64,000 nucleotides of DNA, taken from positions 1,472,001-1,536,000 of the forward strand of contig OZ254086.1 of NCBI GenBank assembly GCA_965267575.1, read 5' to 3'. Below the pieces are notes generated by a model that was not told the DNA's origin, made no database searches, and worked only from the letters and a program-made list of their open reading frames with translations. The translations under genes were made by a program, and so were the position numbers. The stretch is from Calditrichales bacterium. Its GTDB lineage: Bacteria > Calditrichota > Calditrichia > Calditrichales > J004. Shown here in pieces: positions 1 to 10,140 of the stretch (positions are counted from its first letter, which is position 1; each line of letters opens with the position of its first letter).

Positions 1-1
1 G

Positions 2-391
2 GTGGCCTGCCAGGTTTTTGGCAATGACACCACCATCGCCATGGCTGGGTCACAAGGCAATTTTGAACTGAACGTGTTCAAGCCGCTAATGGCCTACAAT
101 ATCATTCAATCGATTAATATTTTGGCCGATGCCTGTAATTCGTTCCAGGATAAGGCGATCGAAGGGCTGGAAGCCAATATGAAGAATATCAACGAGCATC
201 TTAAAAACTCGTTGATGCTGGTGACCGCGCTAAACCGCCACATCGGTTACGACAAGGCCGCGGAAATCGCCCTTAAAGCCTGGCGCGAAGACAAGACCTT
301 ACGCGAGGCAGCGCTGGAGCTGAAATATCTAACCGAAGATGAATTTGAAAAGTGGGTCAAACCGGAAGAGATGACCGGCCCGTCGAAGTAG
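2..391 (+). CDS. fumC: Class II fumarate hydratase, C-terminal part (truncated by window start)
   Basis: [13 protein letters not shown] and [21 protein letters not shown] motifs typical of the FumC C-terminus. Confidence 0.95.
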   Translation: MACQVFGNDTTIAMAGSQGNFELNVFKPLMAYNIIQSINILADACNSFQDKAIEGLEANMKNINEHLKNSLMLVTALNRHIGYDKAAEIALKAWREDKTLREAALELKYLTEDEFEKWVKPEEMTGPSK

Positions 392-399
392 AAAAATTT

Positions 400-426
400 A
401 AGGCCGTCGAAAGGCGGCCTTTTTTG
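400..426 (+). terminator. Intrinsic terminator after fumC
   Basis: AGGCCGTC-GAAA-GGCGGCCT stem-loop followed by a T run. Confidence 0.85.
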
Positions 427-524
427 TTGAATTATTGGATTTTTTAATTGTTGAATTATTGCGTTTTAAAAAGCGGGCCACTTAGCTCAACAATTCATTA
501 ATTCAATAATTTACCGATTCAACG
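425..524. repeat. Inverted pair of octamer arrays (TRTTGAAT x5 / ATTCAAYA x5)
   Basis: tgttgaat tattggat tttttaat tgttgaat tattgcgt (425-464) and gctcaaca attcatta attcaata atttaccg attcaacg (485-524). Confidence 0.8.
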
Positions 525-529
525 CCCTT

Positions 530-1186
530 TTACCTTCGTCCCAACTCGAAAAGTTTTACCAAGAGCAAGCCTGCTACGAAACCTCCCAAATGCGCGTACC
601 AGGCAACACCGCCGGTCATGGCGTTACCATATTCCAGAAATACATTCAGCAATTGATAGGCAAACCACAGCCCCAGCGCAATCATTGCCGGAACGCGGAT
701 AATGCGGATTATAATGAAGAAAAAGAAAAGCAGCGTCACACGGTTGCGCGGGTATTTAACCAAATAGCCGCCAAGCACGCCGGAGATGGCGCCGCTGGCT
801 CCAACCATCGGGACGGTTGATTCCGGGAACGCCACCACCTGTATCAGTGCGGCACAAATGCCCACGGCCAGGTAAAACAAAAGATAGCGCACGTGGCCCA
901 GCGCGTATTCTATATTGTCGCCAAAGATCCACAGGTAGAGCATGTTGCCGCCCAGGTGCCAGATATCTCCGTGAAGAAACATGGAACTGATCAGCGCGCT
1001 GTAGCCCATCAAAAAGCGGCTTTCTTCGCCCAGTGTGGAGGGAACAAGGCCGTAAGTGTTAAAGAAGCTCTGCAGCATCGCCCGCTCAGCCGGTTGTTGA
1101 AAAAAGGCAAAAATGTTCAGGGCCAAAAGCAGGTAATTTACAAACGGCAGAAAGCGCTTTGGGCTTTGATCAGCTATGGGGATCAT
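530..1186 (-). CDS. Rhomboid family intramembrane serine protease
   Basis: HLGGNM, catalytic GASG and AHLGG motifs; multiple TM segments. Confidence 0.95.
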   Translation of the reverse strand: MIPIADQSPKRFLPFVNYLLLALNIFAFFQQPAERAMLQSFFNTYGLVPSTLGEESRFLMGYSALISSMFLHGDIWHLGGNMLYLWIFGDNIEYALGHVRYLLFYLAVGICAALIQVVAFPESTVPMVGASGAISGVLGGYLVKYPRNRVTLLFFFFIIIRIIRVPAMIALGLWFAYQLLNVFLEYGNAMTGGVAWYAHLGGFVAGLLLVKLFELGRR

Positions 1187-3381
1187 GGCGTCACGCGGAT
1201 AGTGTAGGTTTTTTCCAGGCGGTTGCCGCTGCGGTCCTGAACTTCAATGTGCAGGGAGTGTGAACCGGGCTCCAGCACAAAATGCGGCGTGGCGCTGACG
1301 ATATCACGCTCCGGGTCCCACTCAGAAACCACAAACCTGTCATTGATCGTAATGCGGATATCGCGGTCGCCGTTAAACCCGGACAAACCATCTTTAACGG
1401 CAAAGCGGATGTTACCCACATTACGAACAGGTTTGAGAAGCTGCGTGGAAAGCAGGCGGATATCCGGCTTTGCCGTATCAGCGGCGATTATATAGCGGCC
1501 AAAGGAGCGAATGCGTGTTTCTATAAAGCCGTTTTGCCTGCTTCCCCCATCGAATGAAAGCTTGCCGTCCGAGGAAGCGCGATAGATAGCTGCTTGTTTA
1601 TGAAACGTGCTGTCCCCCAGGCGCAGGCGTAACGTAAACGACTCCCGCAACAACCTGTCCGTTGGCCGAATATCATAAAGCAGTCCGTTTACCGGGGCTT
1701 CCCAGTCAATGCCTTCGGAAGATTGCTCATTTATGGCGATAAACATTGTATCGTAGACGCTGCCGGCCGGCCACTCCAGACGCAGTGAGCCGTCAAAAAC
1801 ATCTGCCACGCCGCTGTGATCAGGGAAAACAAGACGGCTGTTTAAGAGCGTATCGGCCAGCACCTCTCCTGATTTTTCCAGAGATATACGCACAGGGCCA
1901 TCAACAGCCTGCGACGCGGGAAGAAAGCCGTAAAGGTCCGGGTATGATCCCTCGATGGCCGCTTCCCGTTGCCCGCCAGCGCCGTGGAAAACCAGCTTAG
2001 CCTGTCCATCCCCGCTGAAACGATCGGTTTTTACATATATGTATTTGCCCCACAACAGCGGTTCAATAAAATGGGGTTCGCCGATTGTATTATTCAGCGT
2101 GGTGAGAACATCGCTTTCCCATCCGCTCTTATCCCTCGCCACAGCCTTCAGGAAGGGATCACCGGAATCACGCAGTTTAACTTTCAGCAGCGCGCTGCTT
2201 TCCTCTTTGCCGTGGTTCCAGTCGATAAACTCGTAGTAGTCCACCGGGTTAAGCTGGTTGGGGTCGCGGCCGGAGTAAAATTGCAGTCCGGCCATCTCCG
2301 CGGGCAGGCGCATGCGCAGATACGCGTTGCCATTAAGCTGCTCGCTTTGTTCAATTGCCAGTCTGCTCGACGGCGCCTTTGAGACAACTTTAAAGCGCAG
2401 GGTAGTATAATTGCCAAAGAAGTCGCCCACCTTTATCTCCACATATGAGCTGTCGCCGGAATAGGTGAGGATGCCGTCTGCCGGACTGGAAGCGTAAGCC
2501 AGCAAATCGGTTTCCGGCTCGCGATATAGCTTGGTATAGCGGCGGCCAGTGCGCGTTTTCCAGGGATAGAAAATATGGCGGTTGATCAGGTGCGTATGGG
2601 AAAAACGCATTTGGTCATAGCGCATACTGAAGCGTTCGTTACCGTTTACAGACATACTTAGGCTGTAAAAGCCCAGTTTGTTGTGAACCTCATTAGCCTG
2701 GTCATAACCCTCTATGGCAAAACCCAGCCGTCCATAAGCGTGGATCGGTTTATCCAGCGTAATCAAATTGTTGCGGCTTCGCGGCAGATCGATCTCCAAA
2801 GGCATCAGATCATTGTTTACGCGCGCCTTTTCGTTTAAAGGAATTACCAGCAGCTTTCGTAATTCCGGAGCCAGGTTATCTTTGATCTTTTCGTAAAACG
2901 CCAAAGGATTGAGTGGTCGGTTTTCACTGTCGCGAATTTCAAAATGGAGGTGCGGCACGCCGATGCCTGTTTGTCCGGTGTAGGCGATCACTTCGCCTTT
3001 TTTTACTTTAATCCCCGGCCACCAGTCAATGCTGTAGCGCTCCTCGGCGATCTGTCTTTCGCGAATGGCTTTTTCCAGTTCCGGAGTAAATTTTTGCAGG
3101 TGGGCGTAAACGGCCGTGCGACCGTCATTCAATTTCAGGTAGAGCACTTTGCCATAGCCAAACGGCGAAACGCGTATACGGCTAATCGTACCGTCCTCTA
3201 TGGCGTAGCAATCGTAGCCTTCGCGGTTCCACGTCTTAATGTCTATGGCGCTATGGAAGTGTCCCGAGCGGTATTCACAAAAACTGGAGGTCAGATAGTT
3301 GCTGGCATTCGTCGGCCATAAATAATTTTGCCCGAATGACCATTGGGCAACAAGCAGCAAAAGCAGAGCTGAAAACTTCAA
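1183..3381 (-). CDS. Exported M23 family metallopeptidase with long C-terminal extension
   Basis: Signal peptide; HSAID (HxxxD), YAHL and PHLHFE (HxH) motifs; TTG start. Confidence 0.9.
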   Translation of the reverse strand: MKFSALLLLLVAQWSFGQNYLWPTNASNYLTSSFCEYRSGHFHSAIDIKTWNREGYDCYAIEDGTISRIRVSPFGYGKVLYLKLNDGRTAVYAHLQKFTPELEKAIRERQIAEERYSIDWWPGIKVKKGEVIAYTGQTGIGVPHLHFEIRDSENRPLNPLAFYEKIKDNLAPELRKLLVIPLNEKARVNNDLMPLEIDLPRSRNNLITLDKPIHAYGRLGFAIEGYDQANEVHNKLGFYSLSMSVNGNERFSMRYDQMRFSHTHLINRHIFYPWKTRTGRRYTKLYREPETDLLAYASSPADGILTYSGDSSYVEIKVGDFFGNYTTLRFKVVSKAPSSRLAIEQSEQLNGNAYLRMRLPAEMAGLQFYSGRDPNQLNPVDYYEFIDWNHGKEESSALLKVKLRDSGDPFLKAVARDKSGWESDVLTTLNNTIGEPHFIEPLLWGKYIYVKTDRFSGDGQAKLVFHGAGGQREAAIEGSYPDLYGFLPASQAVDGPVRISLEKSGEVLADTLLNSRLVFPDHSGVADVFDGSLRLEWPAGSVYDTMFIAINEQSSEGIDWEAPVNGLLYDIRPTDRLLRESFTLRLRLGDSTFHKQAAIYRASSDGKLSFDGGSRQNGFIETRIRSFGRYIIAADTAKPDIRLLSTQLLKPVRNVGNIRFAVKDGLSGFNGDRDIRITINDRFVVSEWDPERDIVSATPHFVLEPGSHSLHIEVQDRSGNRLEKTYTIRVTP

Positions 3382-3451
3382 ATGAGATCCCGGTTTGTTT
3401 TAAATCAAACCGTAAATATATCAAAAGCGGAGAAATAGGTTCAACAGCGTT

Positions 3452-3805
3452 TTACGAAAGTATACTTTGGATACGTTTAACCAGATCCCCGAGTTTAAGC
3501 GGTTTATCTTCTACACCCTTTATTCCCAGCTTCTCTATCTGGTCTCTGTATTTATGCTGGTGAGCCGTTATTATAAGTATGGGAAAATCGGGATTATGCT
3601 CAAGGATCTTGCGGGAGAGCTGTAAACCGTTCATGCGCGGCATTTCCAGGTCAATCAAGGCCATGTCGGGTTTTGATGTAAGATATTTGTCCCAGCCATC
3701 AAGACCATCTTCGGCACTAACGCATTCGTAACCGCTAATTTCCAGAAATTCGCATATCAGAGTACGAACATCCTGTTCGTCATCAACAACAAGTACTTTT
3801 TCCAT
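3452..3805 (-). CDS. Single-domain response regulator (CheY-like)
   Basis: VLVVDDE, ALIDLEMP (phospho-Asp), ITA and KP motifs intact. Confidence 0.95.
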   Translation of the reverse strand: MEKVLVVDDEQDVRTLICEFLEISGYECVSAEDGLDGWDKYLTSKPDMALIDLEMPRMNGLQLSRKILEHNPDFPILIITAHQHKYRDQIEKLGIKGVEDKPLKLGDLVKRIQSILS

Positions 3806-3980
3806 GTCCTTATCTTTATATCTGATCCTTTTAAGATAGTCGACTTTAGTGACGCTAAAATGAGCCTTACCCGTTAAACAGTGTTAATTTTTTCACCGGG
3901 CTTTGAATCTAAGGTGTAATTTAGATAAAATTGAACGCCTGCTTTTGCTCAATCACTCAAAAAACCGGGAAAATAATAAA

Positions 3981-4910
3981 ATGCTTGATATTTTTAAGGT
4001 TGGACATTACAGCGATACGCAAAACGGAACAGGTTGTACGGTCATACTTCCCCCATCTGAAAACATTACTTCGGCCCATGCCATGGGAGCATCACCCGGC
4101 ACGCGTGAATACGCCCTTTTGTCTCCCAAAAGGAAGATCAGTACCATCCATGCGCTGGTGTTAACAGGCGGGAGCGCTTTTGGTTTATGTGCTGCCTGTG
4201 GCGTGATGGATGCTCTGGAGGCCCGTAAAACAGGCTATCAGACGCATTTTGGTGTAGTCCCGATCGTGCCCGCAGCCGTTGTTTTTGATTTGAATGTGGG
4301 CAATCCGCGCGTACGCCCGACCGCAGAAAACGGACGTGAGGCTTTGGAAAATTGTGCTTTTAATAATGACGCCGCCGGCTGTGTTGGCGCGGGAACCGGA
4401 ACAACCGTCGGCAAATGGAATGGTATGCCGAGTGCCATGAAAGGCGGCATAGGTATCGGGTATAGCGAATTTGGCTCCATCCGCGTTACGGCATTGATGG
4501 TCGTTAACGCTGTCGGGGATATTGTTGGCACACATGACCGGATAATCGCCGGAGCTTATGGCAAAGATGGTCAGTTTCTGGCCGAAAACGATCTCAAACG
4601 GCGTTGGAATCAACCGCAGGTAGGCCTTGCCGAAAGTACAGTACTCGGTGCCGTTATGACCAATTGCCGGTTGACCAAGCAGCAGGCCGCCTACGTGGCG
4701 CAGCGTGCGCATCTGGCCATCGCCCGGCACGTGGCCCCGTCTCATACACAGCATGATGGCGATATCGTATATGTGATGTCCGCCGGAAAAGAAGAAGCGC
4801 CACTAGAAACCGTAACCGAAGTGACAAAAGACGCCGTGGCCGCAGCCGTAGTTGACAGCGTTGAAAAAGCCCACAGCCTGCTGGGTATAAAAGCAAAGAA
4901 AGACCTATGA
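3981..4910 (+). CDS. P1/S58 (DmpA-like) peptidase
   Basis: GTGCTV, GASPGTRE, LTGGSAFGL, GAGTG, VNAVGD and DGD motifs; ATG at 3981 preferred to TTG at 3903. Confidence 0.9.
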   Translation: MLDIFKVGHYSDTQNGTGCTVILPPSENITSAHAMGASPGTREYALLSPKRKISTIHALVLTGGSAFGLCAACGVMDALEARKTGYQTHFGVVPIVPAAVVFDLNVGNPRVRPTAENGREALENCAFNNDAAGCVGAGTGTTVGKWNGMPSAMKGGIGIGYSEFGSIRVTALMVVNAVGDIVGTHDRIIAGAYGKDGQFLAENDLKRRWNQPQVGLAESTVLGAVMTNCRLTKQQAAYVAQRAHLAIARHVAPSHTQHDGDIVYVMSAGKEEAPLETVTEVTKDAVAAAVVDSVEKAHSLLGIKAKKDL

Positions 4911-5491
4911 ACATTTTTTTTCAGGTACTGCATTATTTCTCTATACAGGAAGTTTTCCTGGCGACCGTCATCTATTTTGGCGGCTACGCGCTGGCTCCCA
5001 CGGTATGCTACAAAAATATCCGCCTGTTAACCGGGTACCCGCTTTGGGTGCAATCGCGGCTGGAGCACTTTCTTAAAAAGAATAAATCCAACTGGCAGTT
5101 GTTTGCGGTGTTGCTGCTTACAAACTGTTTGCCTTTGCTGCTGGTGTTATTCAGCGCGCTTATTCCGGTGGTACCGTTTGTGCTGGCAGGTTGGCTGGGG
5201 CTTAAGCTGGGGATAATCGCCTACAAAACGCTGGAAGGTGAGATGTTCTTTTCTTCACTGATAAATCCGGTAGCTATTTTTGAGTTGCCGGCATTTTTTA
5301 TCACGCTGGCGCTGGCCTTCAACTTTAACCTGCAGCAGCTGGGGGTCGTAAGCCCGTTTGTAGTTGCACAGGTTACGTTTGGCCAGCACCTGGCAGGTTT
5401 TCTGCTTCTTGCGGTCCCGTTGCTCTCCTTTTCCGCCTTGCTGGAGCTGCTGGTTGTACGCCTTAACCAAAAAGCGGAGCAGGATCAGTAA
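4907..5491 (+). CDS. Membrane protein, SpoIIM-like
   Basis: Hydrophobic, PVAIFELPAFFI resembles the SpoIIM motif; ATGA overlap with the upstream gene. Confidence 0.6.
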   Translation: MNIFFQVLHYFSIQEVFLATVIYFGGYALAPTVCYKNIRLLTGYPLWVQSRLEHFLKKNKSNWQLFAVLLLTNCLPLLLVLFSALIPVVPFVLAGWLGLKLGIIAYKTLEGEMFFSSLINPVAIFELPAFFITLALAFNFNLQQLGVVSPFVVAQVTFGQHLAGFLLLAVPLLSFSALLELLVVRLNQKAEQDQ

Positions 5492-5494
5492 TTT

Positions 5495-5947
5495 TTATTC
5501 ATCAAGGATGTCGTCAATCCGCTTATTGTCTTCCACGCCCTCTTCGTTGAATTTATCGTATTTGCTGCCGTACCCCTTATCCTGGCGTATCTGGTTGAGC
5601 TTATTTTTTTTCATGTACAAATCTGTGAGTTTTGCCGGATCCAAACCAACCAATTGACACTTGCTGACCCAAAAATGAAGTTCATCGATCAGTTCCATGC
5701 GAATATGGTCCCAGTCGATTTCAGATTTATCCTTCCACCATTTCCAGGGCAGGTCGTCCTCCATTTCGATCGATTCATGGATTTGGGCGCGGTTGTAATT
5801 GAGCAGCCACTCCACGCGATGCTTTACGGTCTCCGGGCTCACATCTTCCTGGTTGCATATGTTATCGTAGTCCAGACCGTTGCGCTCCTTCAATATGCGC
5901 TTGTTCAACTCGTATTGCTTATCAAAAATAACTTTAAGCAAATCCAT
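5495..5947 (-). CDS. Dimeric all-alpha dUTPase (Campylobacter-type, dUTPase_2)
   Basis: Q..LN, ESIE, PWKWWK, ELIDELHF and Y.KKNKLN..RQ..GY motifs. Confidence 0.85.
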   Translation of the reverse strand: MDLLKVIFDKQYELNKRILKERNGLDYDNICNQEDVSPETVKHRVEWLLNYNRAQIHESIEMEDDLPWKWWKDKSEIDWDHIRMELIDELHFWVSKCQLVGLDPAKLTDLYMKKNKLNQIRQDKGYGSKYDKFNEEGVEDNKRIDDILDE

Positions 5948-5955
5948 GAAGCCTC

Positions 5956-7365
5956 CTAACTTTCAACGCGGATAAATAAAAAGCGCGTATCATTATTGCG
6001 CCTTATAAAAAAGCGGATATAGGTGTTTTCGTCCGTCTCATATTTTTTTAGCGATTGTTCCAGTTCATTGGGTGTGCTTATGCCGTCGCCGTTTACGCTC
6101 AGCAGCAGATCACCAATGCGCAGGCCGCCTAATCCCGCAGGGCCGGCACGTTCCACCCGCGATATCCAGACACCCTGTGTATCGAACGGCAGTTTCTTGG
6201 CCAGGATAATATCTTTTGTAAGTCGCTTTGCCGAAAAACCCAGACGGGAATTGCTGTATTCATCGGCGAGGGCCTGACTGATTGGTGTATCGCCCAGGGT
6301 CAGTTCTTTTGTCTTCAGCGCGTTGTCACGCCAGAATGTGATTTTGGCATCGGAGCTGGGCGCGTTGCGCACCAGATTGCGAAATACATCAAGGTCGGCA
6401 TTTTTTTCACTGCGCAGGGCAATACCGTTAAAATGCGTCAACACATCACCGGATTGCAGGCCGGCATCTTCCGCCGGCGAATCTTCTATCACCGTATTGA
6501 CCAGAACGCCCTGCACCTCCGGTGCGCCGAAGTATTCGGCCAGGTCCCGGGTAAAGGGCTGCATGTTGATGCCCAGCCACTTTTTAGCGTTACTGCGTTC
6601 TATGCTGTTGTTAGCGGTTTTGCTTTCAAAAACGGGCGGATTGTCGATAAACGGCTGTAGCCTGGTATAGGGCAGTATCTCCACAAAGCCCGGCGCCGTG
6701 CGGCTGAACTGCGGGATAAACATATCACCGTTGCCCCGTGGATTGTGCATAACACCTACCGGCAAACCCAGATCATTAAAAGCCAGCGCAAAAGCAATCG
6801 TGCCCTCGGACATATCTGAGAGCCAGCGCATGGGCGGCCCTTCGATAACGGCATTTATTTCCGCCTTTTTGAGCATCAGCTGGTTGTTATAATTATCGCC
6901 CAGAATCGATGTAAGCAGCAATACCGAGCCATAGTACAGGCTGTCCTGAACAAAGGAAACCGTTTCCCACGGTCCCTTTTGCTTCAGGCGGACAAAGGCA
7001 ACATGGTGGTCATCATCCTTGCCGACAAAATCGGCGGGATGCGACGAGCCGTCCTGAAAATAGACCTTTATATCGCTGGGTGGGCTGGAACGGCCAAAAA
7101 GAGACGCACCGGAAATGTCCAGCCGCGCGGAAAAAATCACCGGCGAGGTCAGTATCAGGCCGTCCTTTGTGACGACAACGCCGTTTACCGTGCGCCGGAT
7201 CTTACCGCTCTCCTCAACCGATTCCGGGGAATCGATCGACTCATAATATTCGATTTGCACCAGCGCGTTTTTGGACGTGGTGAGCGCCATCTGCCAGTTT
7301 GTCGTCTGGCCGGTTGCGGTTACAGCAAAGGCCGTAAGCAGGAAAATTAAGAAAATATGTTTCAT
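5956..7365 (-). CDS. HtrA-like protein with two PDZ domains and a degenerate trypsin domain
   Basis: Signal peptide; GVVVTKDGLILT; WLGI and SPAEDAGLQSGD PDZ motifs; catalytic His/Asp/Ser motifs absent. Confidence 0.8.
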   Translation of the reverse strand: MKHIFLIFLLTAFAVTATGQTTNWQMALTTSKNALVQIEYYESIDSPESVEESGKIRRTVNGVVVTKDGLILTSPVIFSARLDISGASLFGRSSPPSDIKVYFQDGSSHPADFVGKDDDHHVAFVRLKQKGPWETVSFVQDSLYYGSVLLLTSILGDNYNNQLMLKKAEINAVIEGPPMRWLSDMSEGTIAFALAFNDLGLPVGVMHNPRGNGDMFIPQFSRTAPGFVEILPYTRLQPFIDNPPVFESKTANNSIERSNAKKWLGINMQPFTRDLAEYFGAPEVQGVLVNTVIEDSPAEDAGLQSGDVLTHFNGIALRSEKNADLDVFRNLVRNAPSSDAKITFWRDNALKTKELTLGDTPISQALADEYSNSRLGFSAKRLTKDIILAKKLPFDTQGVWISRVERAGPAGLGGLRIGDLLLSVNGDGISTPNELEQSLKKYETDENTYIRFFIRRNNDTRFLFIRVES

Positions 7366-8693
7366 GGATTCTTTTTGATTAATGCGTAATAGTTTGACCT
7401 ACCGGATTGTAAGAAAAGCAGGTGTGATTCGTTTGCGGAAGAGGTCACATCGGCATACAGTTTTTTAAATTGTTCCAGATCGTCAATTTCGTTTTTATCT
7501 ATTGATAGAAGGATATCGCCGGGACTGACACCAGCGCGTGCCGCCAGACCGCCCATCTGGACGCCGGAAATGAGAACGCCTTCCTGCGAAGTAAGATTGA
7601 AATTACGGGCAATACGCGGCGTAATCTCCTGAACGGAAATCCCCCATTCGGGCCCGTTGAATTCCGTGCCGCGAAACTTGCCCTGGCGTTGTGTTTCCAA
7701 TTGCAATGCTATTTCGCGATTGTCCCGTACCACGGTACATTCGATTTCCGTACCCGGTTCAAAAGTGGAAATAAGCAATCTTATTTTAGGCAGCTCTTCT
7801 TCATAAAGGGCGTTAATCTTTTGCCCGTTCAGATGGGTGATCAAGTCGCCGGGTTTGAGGCCTGCGGCTTCCGCGGGAGAGCCATCTTCCACACCGGCCA
7901 CGAGTACGCCGCTCAATCCGGGCTTGCCGGTATAAATGCGGAACTCGCGTATCTCCTGCAGGGTCAGCCCCACCCAGGAGCGCTCAACCTCTCCTTTTTG
8001 TAGCAGCCGCTCCACCACGTCCATCACGATATCGGCCGGGATGGCAAAACCCAGGTTCTCGCCAAACAGAACGGCCCTTGCGTTGATGCCGATTATCCGC
8101 CCGTCAAGATCGACCAACGGACCACCGCTGTTGCCGGGATTGATGGCGGCATCGGTCTGAATCCAGAGATTAAATGGCGAGATCATTTCGCCCACATCGC
8201 TGAAATAGCGCTCCACCGAGCTGATGACACCCATGCTGAGCGAACGCGCCAGCCCCAGCGGCGAACCCAGCGCCAAAACGATCTGGCCCACTTCCAGATC
8301 TGCGCTGGAGCCAAAACGGGCCCATGGAACGCTGTCCAGACCAGCGGATTCCAGGTCCAGCTTAAGCACGGCCAGGTCGGTCCAGGGATCCAGCCCGACA
8401 ACTTCGGCATCCAGCTCCCTGCGTGATGAAAGCGTGCAGCGTACCTGGCTGGCTTGTTCGGCAACGTGGTTATTGGTCACAATATAGCCATCCGGACTAA
8501 TGATAACGCCGCTGCCGGTAACTTCCACGCGCTTCTTCTGGCCGGTGTCGTACAACTCCTTTACCGGTTGCAGGTGCACCAGCGCCGGAAAAACGGTCTT
8601 GCGCGCCTTGATGATCCTGTCTTCCAGGTCATCAGCTAAAGCATGGGCCGTAAGGACGGAAAAAATCAGAAAAAATATCATTGCGAATTTCAA
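7362..8693 (-). CDS. HtrA/DegP-type serine protease with two PDZ domains
   Basis: TNNHV, DLAVL and IQTDAAINPGNSGGPL triad intact; signal peptide. Confidence 0.95.
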   Translation of the reverse strand: MKFAMIFFLIFSVLTAHALADDLEDRIIKARKTVFPALVHLQPVKELYDTGQKKRVEVTGSGVIISPDGYIVTNNHVAEQASQVRCTLSSRRELDAEVVGLDPWTDLAVLKLDLESAGLDSVPWARFGSSADLEVGQIVLALGSPLGLARSLSMGVISSVERYFSDVGEMISPFNLWIQTDAAINPGNSGGPLVDLDGRIIGINARAVLFGENLGFAIPADIVMDVVERLLQKGEVERSWVGLTLQEIREFRIYTGKPGLSGVLVAGVEDGSPAEAAGLKPGDLITHLNGQKINALYEEELPKIRLLISTFEPGTEIECTVVRDNREIALQLETQRQGKFRGTEFNGPEWGISVQEITPRIARNFNLTSQEGVLISGVQMGGLAARAGVSPGDILLSIDKNEIDDLEQFKKLYADVTSSANESHLLFLQSGRSNYYALIKKNP

Positions 8694-8698
8694 GCAGG

Positions 8699-9100
8699 TT
8701 ACTCCTTTTTTTCAGGGGCGGTAAGGCGGATTTCCTGGAGCACACGCAGACCGCGAAACTGCACGGTGAAATAGACGACCACCGCGACGATAAGCAGCAG
8801 CATGCGCCAGAAGTATGGCATAATAGATTGCCAATGCAGCCAGGTGATGACGATGATACCGATCAGAATAAGGGTGAGCAGGCCGGTCAGAAAATTGAGG
8901 CGGCGTACGTCAGCCGGGCCAACCACGTGGTTTTCCTTGAGCAGGCTGGCCATCACCATAAAGGCAATCTGGCTAAAAATAAGCGCCACGGTAAACTTGG
9001 TGGCCTGCAGCCAGTCGGTCATCTCAAAAAGAAAAAAGCTGACGATGAACACGATTACCGGCAGATAATTTTTTAATTGCTGGGATGATTGTTTTGACAT
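8699..9100 (-). CDS. Hypothetical 4-TM membrane protein
   Basis: Four hydrophobic segments; tightly packed in the operon. Confidence 0.7.
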   Translation of the reverse strand: MSKQSSQQLKNYLPVIVFIVSFFLFEMTDWLQATKFTVALIFSQIAFMVMASLLKENHVVGPADVRRLNFLTGLLTLILIGIIVITWLHWQSIMPYFWRMLLLIVAVVVYFTVQFRGLRVLQEIRLTAPEKKE

Positions 9101-9102
9101 GT

Positions 9103-10140
9103 TCAGTAAATTTTAAATCGTTGAACGCCCTGGTAGACTTCCTTGCTGACCACCTTTACGATGCCGGTTGCTGGAACTGCCAGCAGCATCCCGATGATTC
9201 CGAAAAACTGGCCCCCAATCAGAATAGCCAAGATAATGGTGAGCGGGTGCAGATTTACACTGCGCGCCAGCACCAACGGTTGAATCAGGATGTTGTCGAT
9301 CAGCTGAACAATGGAAAAGGCGGCAATGACCCATAATATTTCCTGAACGCTCCCATCGTTTAACGCGACTACCGAAACGGCCGCCACCGCGCCTGCCATC
9401 GGGCCGACATAAGGGATCATATTGGCCAGCCCGGCAAAAACACCTATCATAACGAAATAGGGCACGTTAAGAATCCACATGGCTATCAGCGCCAGCAGGC
9501 CTACAAGAAAAGCATCCAGAAACTGACCGCGCAGATAATCGCCAAGCTGCAGGTCCACTTTATACATCAGGTTCAGGGCCATCTCGAAGTAGCGGTTGGG
9601 AATGGCGCTTACCAGGGCCTTTTTCAGGCTGCGTCCGTCTTTTAGCAGGAAAAAGGCGGCAAACGGAATGATAACAATCGTTGATATAAGCGAAACAACA
9701 TCGAGCAAAATGGAGAAAAAGGAATCGGCCAACTGCTGCAAAAACGTACTGAGTTGATCCTGCAGGTGCAGCGATTGATCGGCCAGGATGGGAACATTGC
9801 TGCTTATGAATTGCTCAAGCTGCTGTATAAGACTGCTGGCTTTTCCGCCATGAAAGCCTTCCTGCAGCGCCGTGATTTCATGGGCAAGCGCGGGCGCGAG
9901 CAGCCAGCTCAATGCGGCAAAAAGAACAACCAGGCCGGCAAAAATAAAAACCGCTGCTTGTGTGCGCGATAAACCGCGGAATTCCAGGTAACTGGCAATC
10001 GGGTCAAGAATGTAGGCGATAAGCGCGGCGATGAGCAGCAAAATTACGATTTCATGCAGGGCAACAAGCAGCCAGATGGAGGCCGCCACTGCCCCCAGGC
10101 CAAACAGCGTTTTGATGATACGTCCGAAGGTTATGTCCAA
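9103..10140 (-). CDS. AI-2E (PerM) family transporter
   Basis: AYILDP, YLRGQ, NMIPYVGP, QLIDNILIQP, LHP and GMLLAVP motifs. Confidence 0.92.
   Translation of the reverse strand: MDITFGRIIKTLFGLGAVAASIWLLVALHEIVILLLIAALIAYILDPIASYLEFRGLSRTQAAVFIFAGLVVLFAALSWLLAPALAHEITALQEGFHGGKASSLIQQLEQFISSNVPILADQSLHLQDQLSTFLQQLADSFFSILLDVVSLISTIVIIPFAAFFLLKDGRSLKKALVSAIPNRYFEMALNLMYKVDLQLGDYLRGQFLDAFLVGLLALIAMWILNVPYFVMIGVFAGLANMIPYVGPMAGAVAAVSVVALNDGSVQEILWVIAAFSIVQLIDNILIQPLVLARSVNLHPLTIILAILIGGQFFGIIGMLLAVPATGIVKVVSKEVYQGVQRFKIY

Noticed and set aside
4907-5491. Sporulation genes (SpoIIM-, SpoIIAA- and SpoIIE-like calls)
   Set aside because: These are widespread domain families and give no evidence of sporulation
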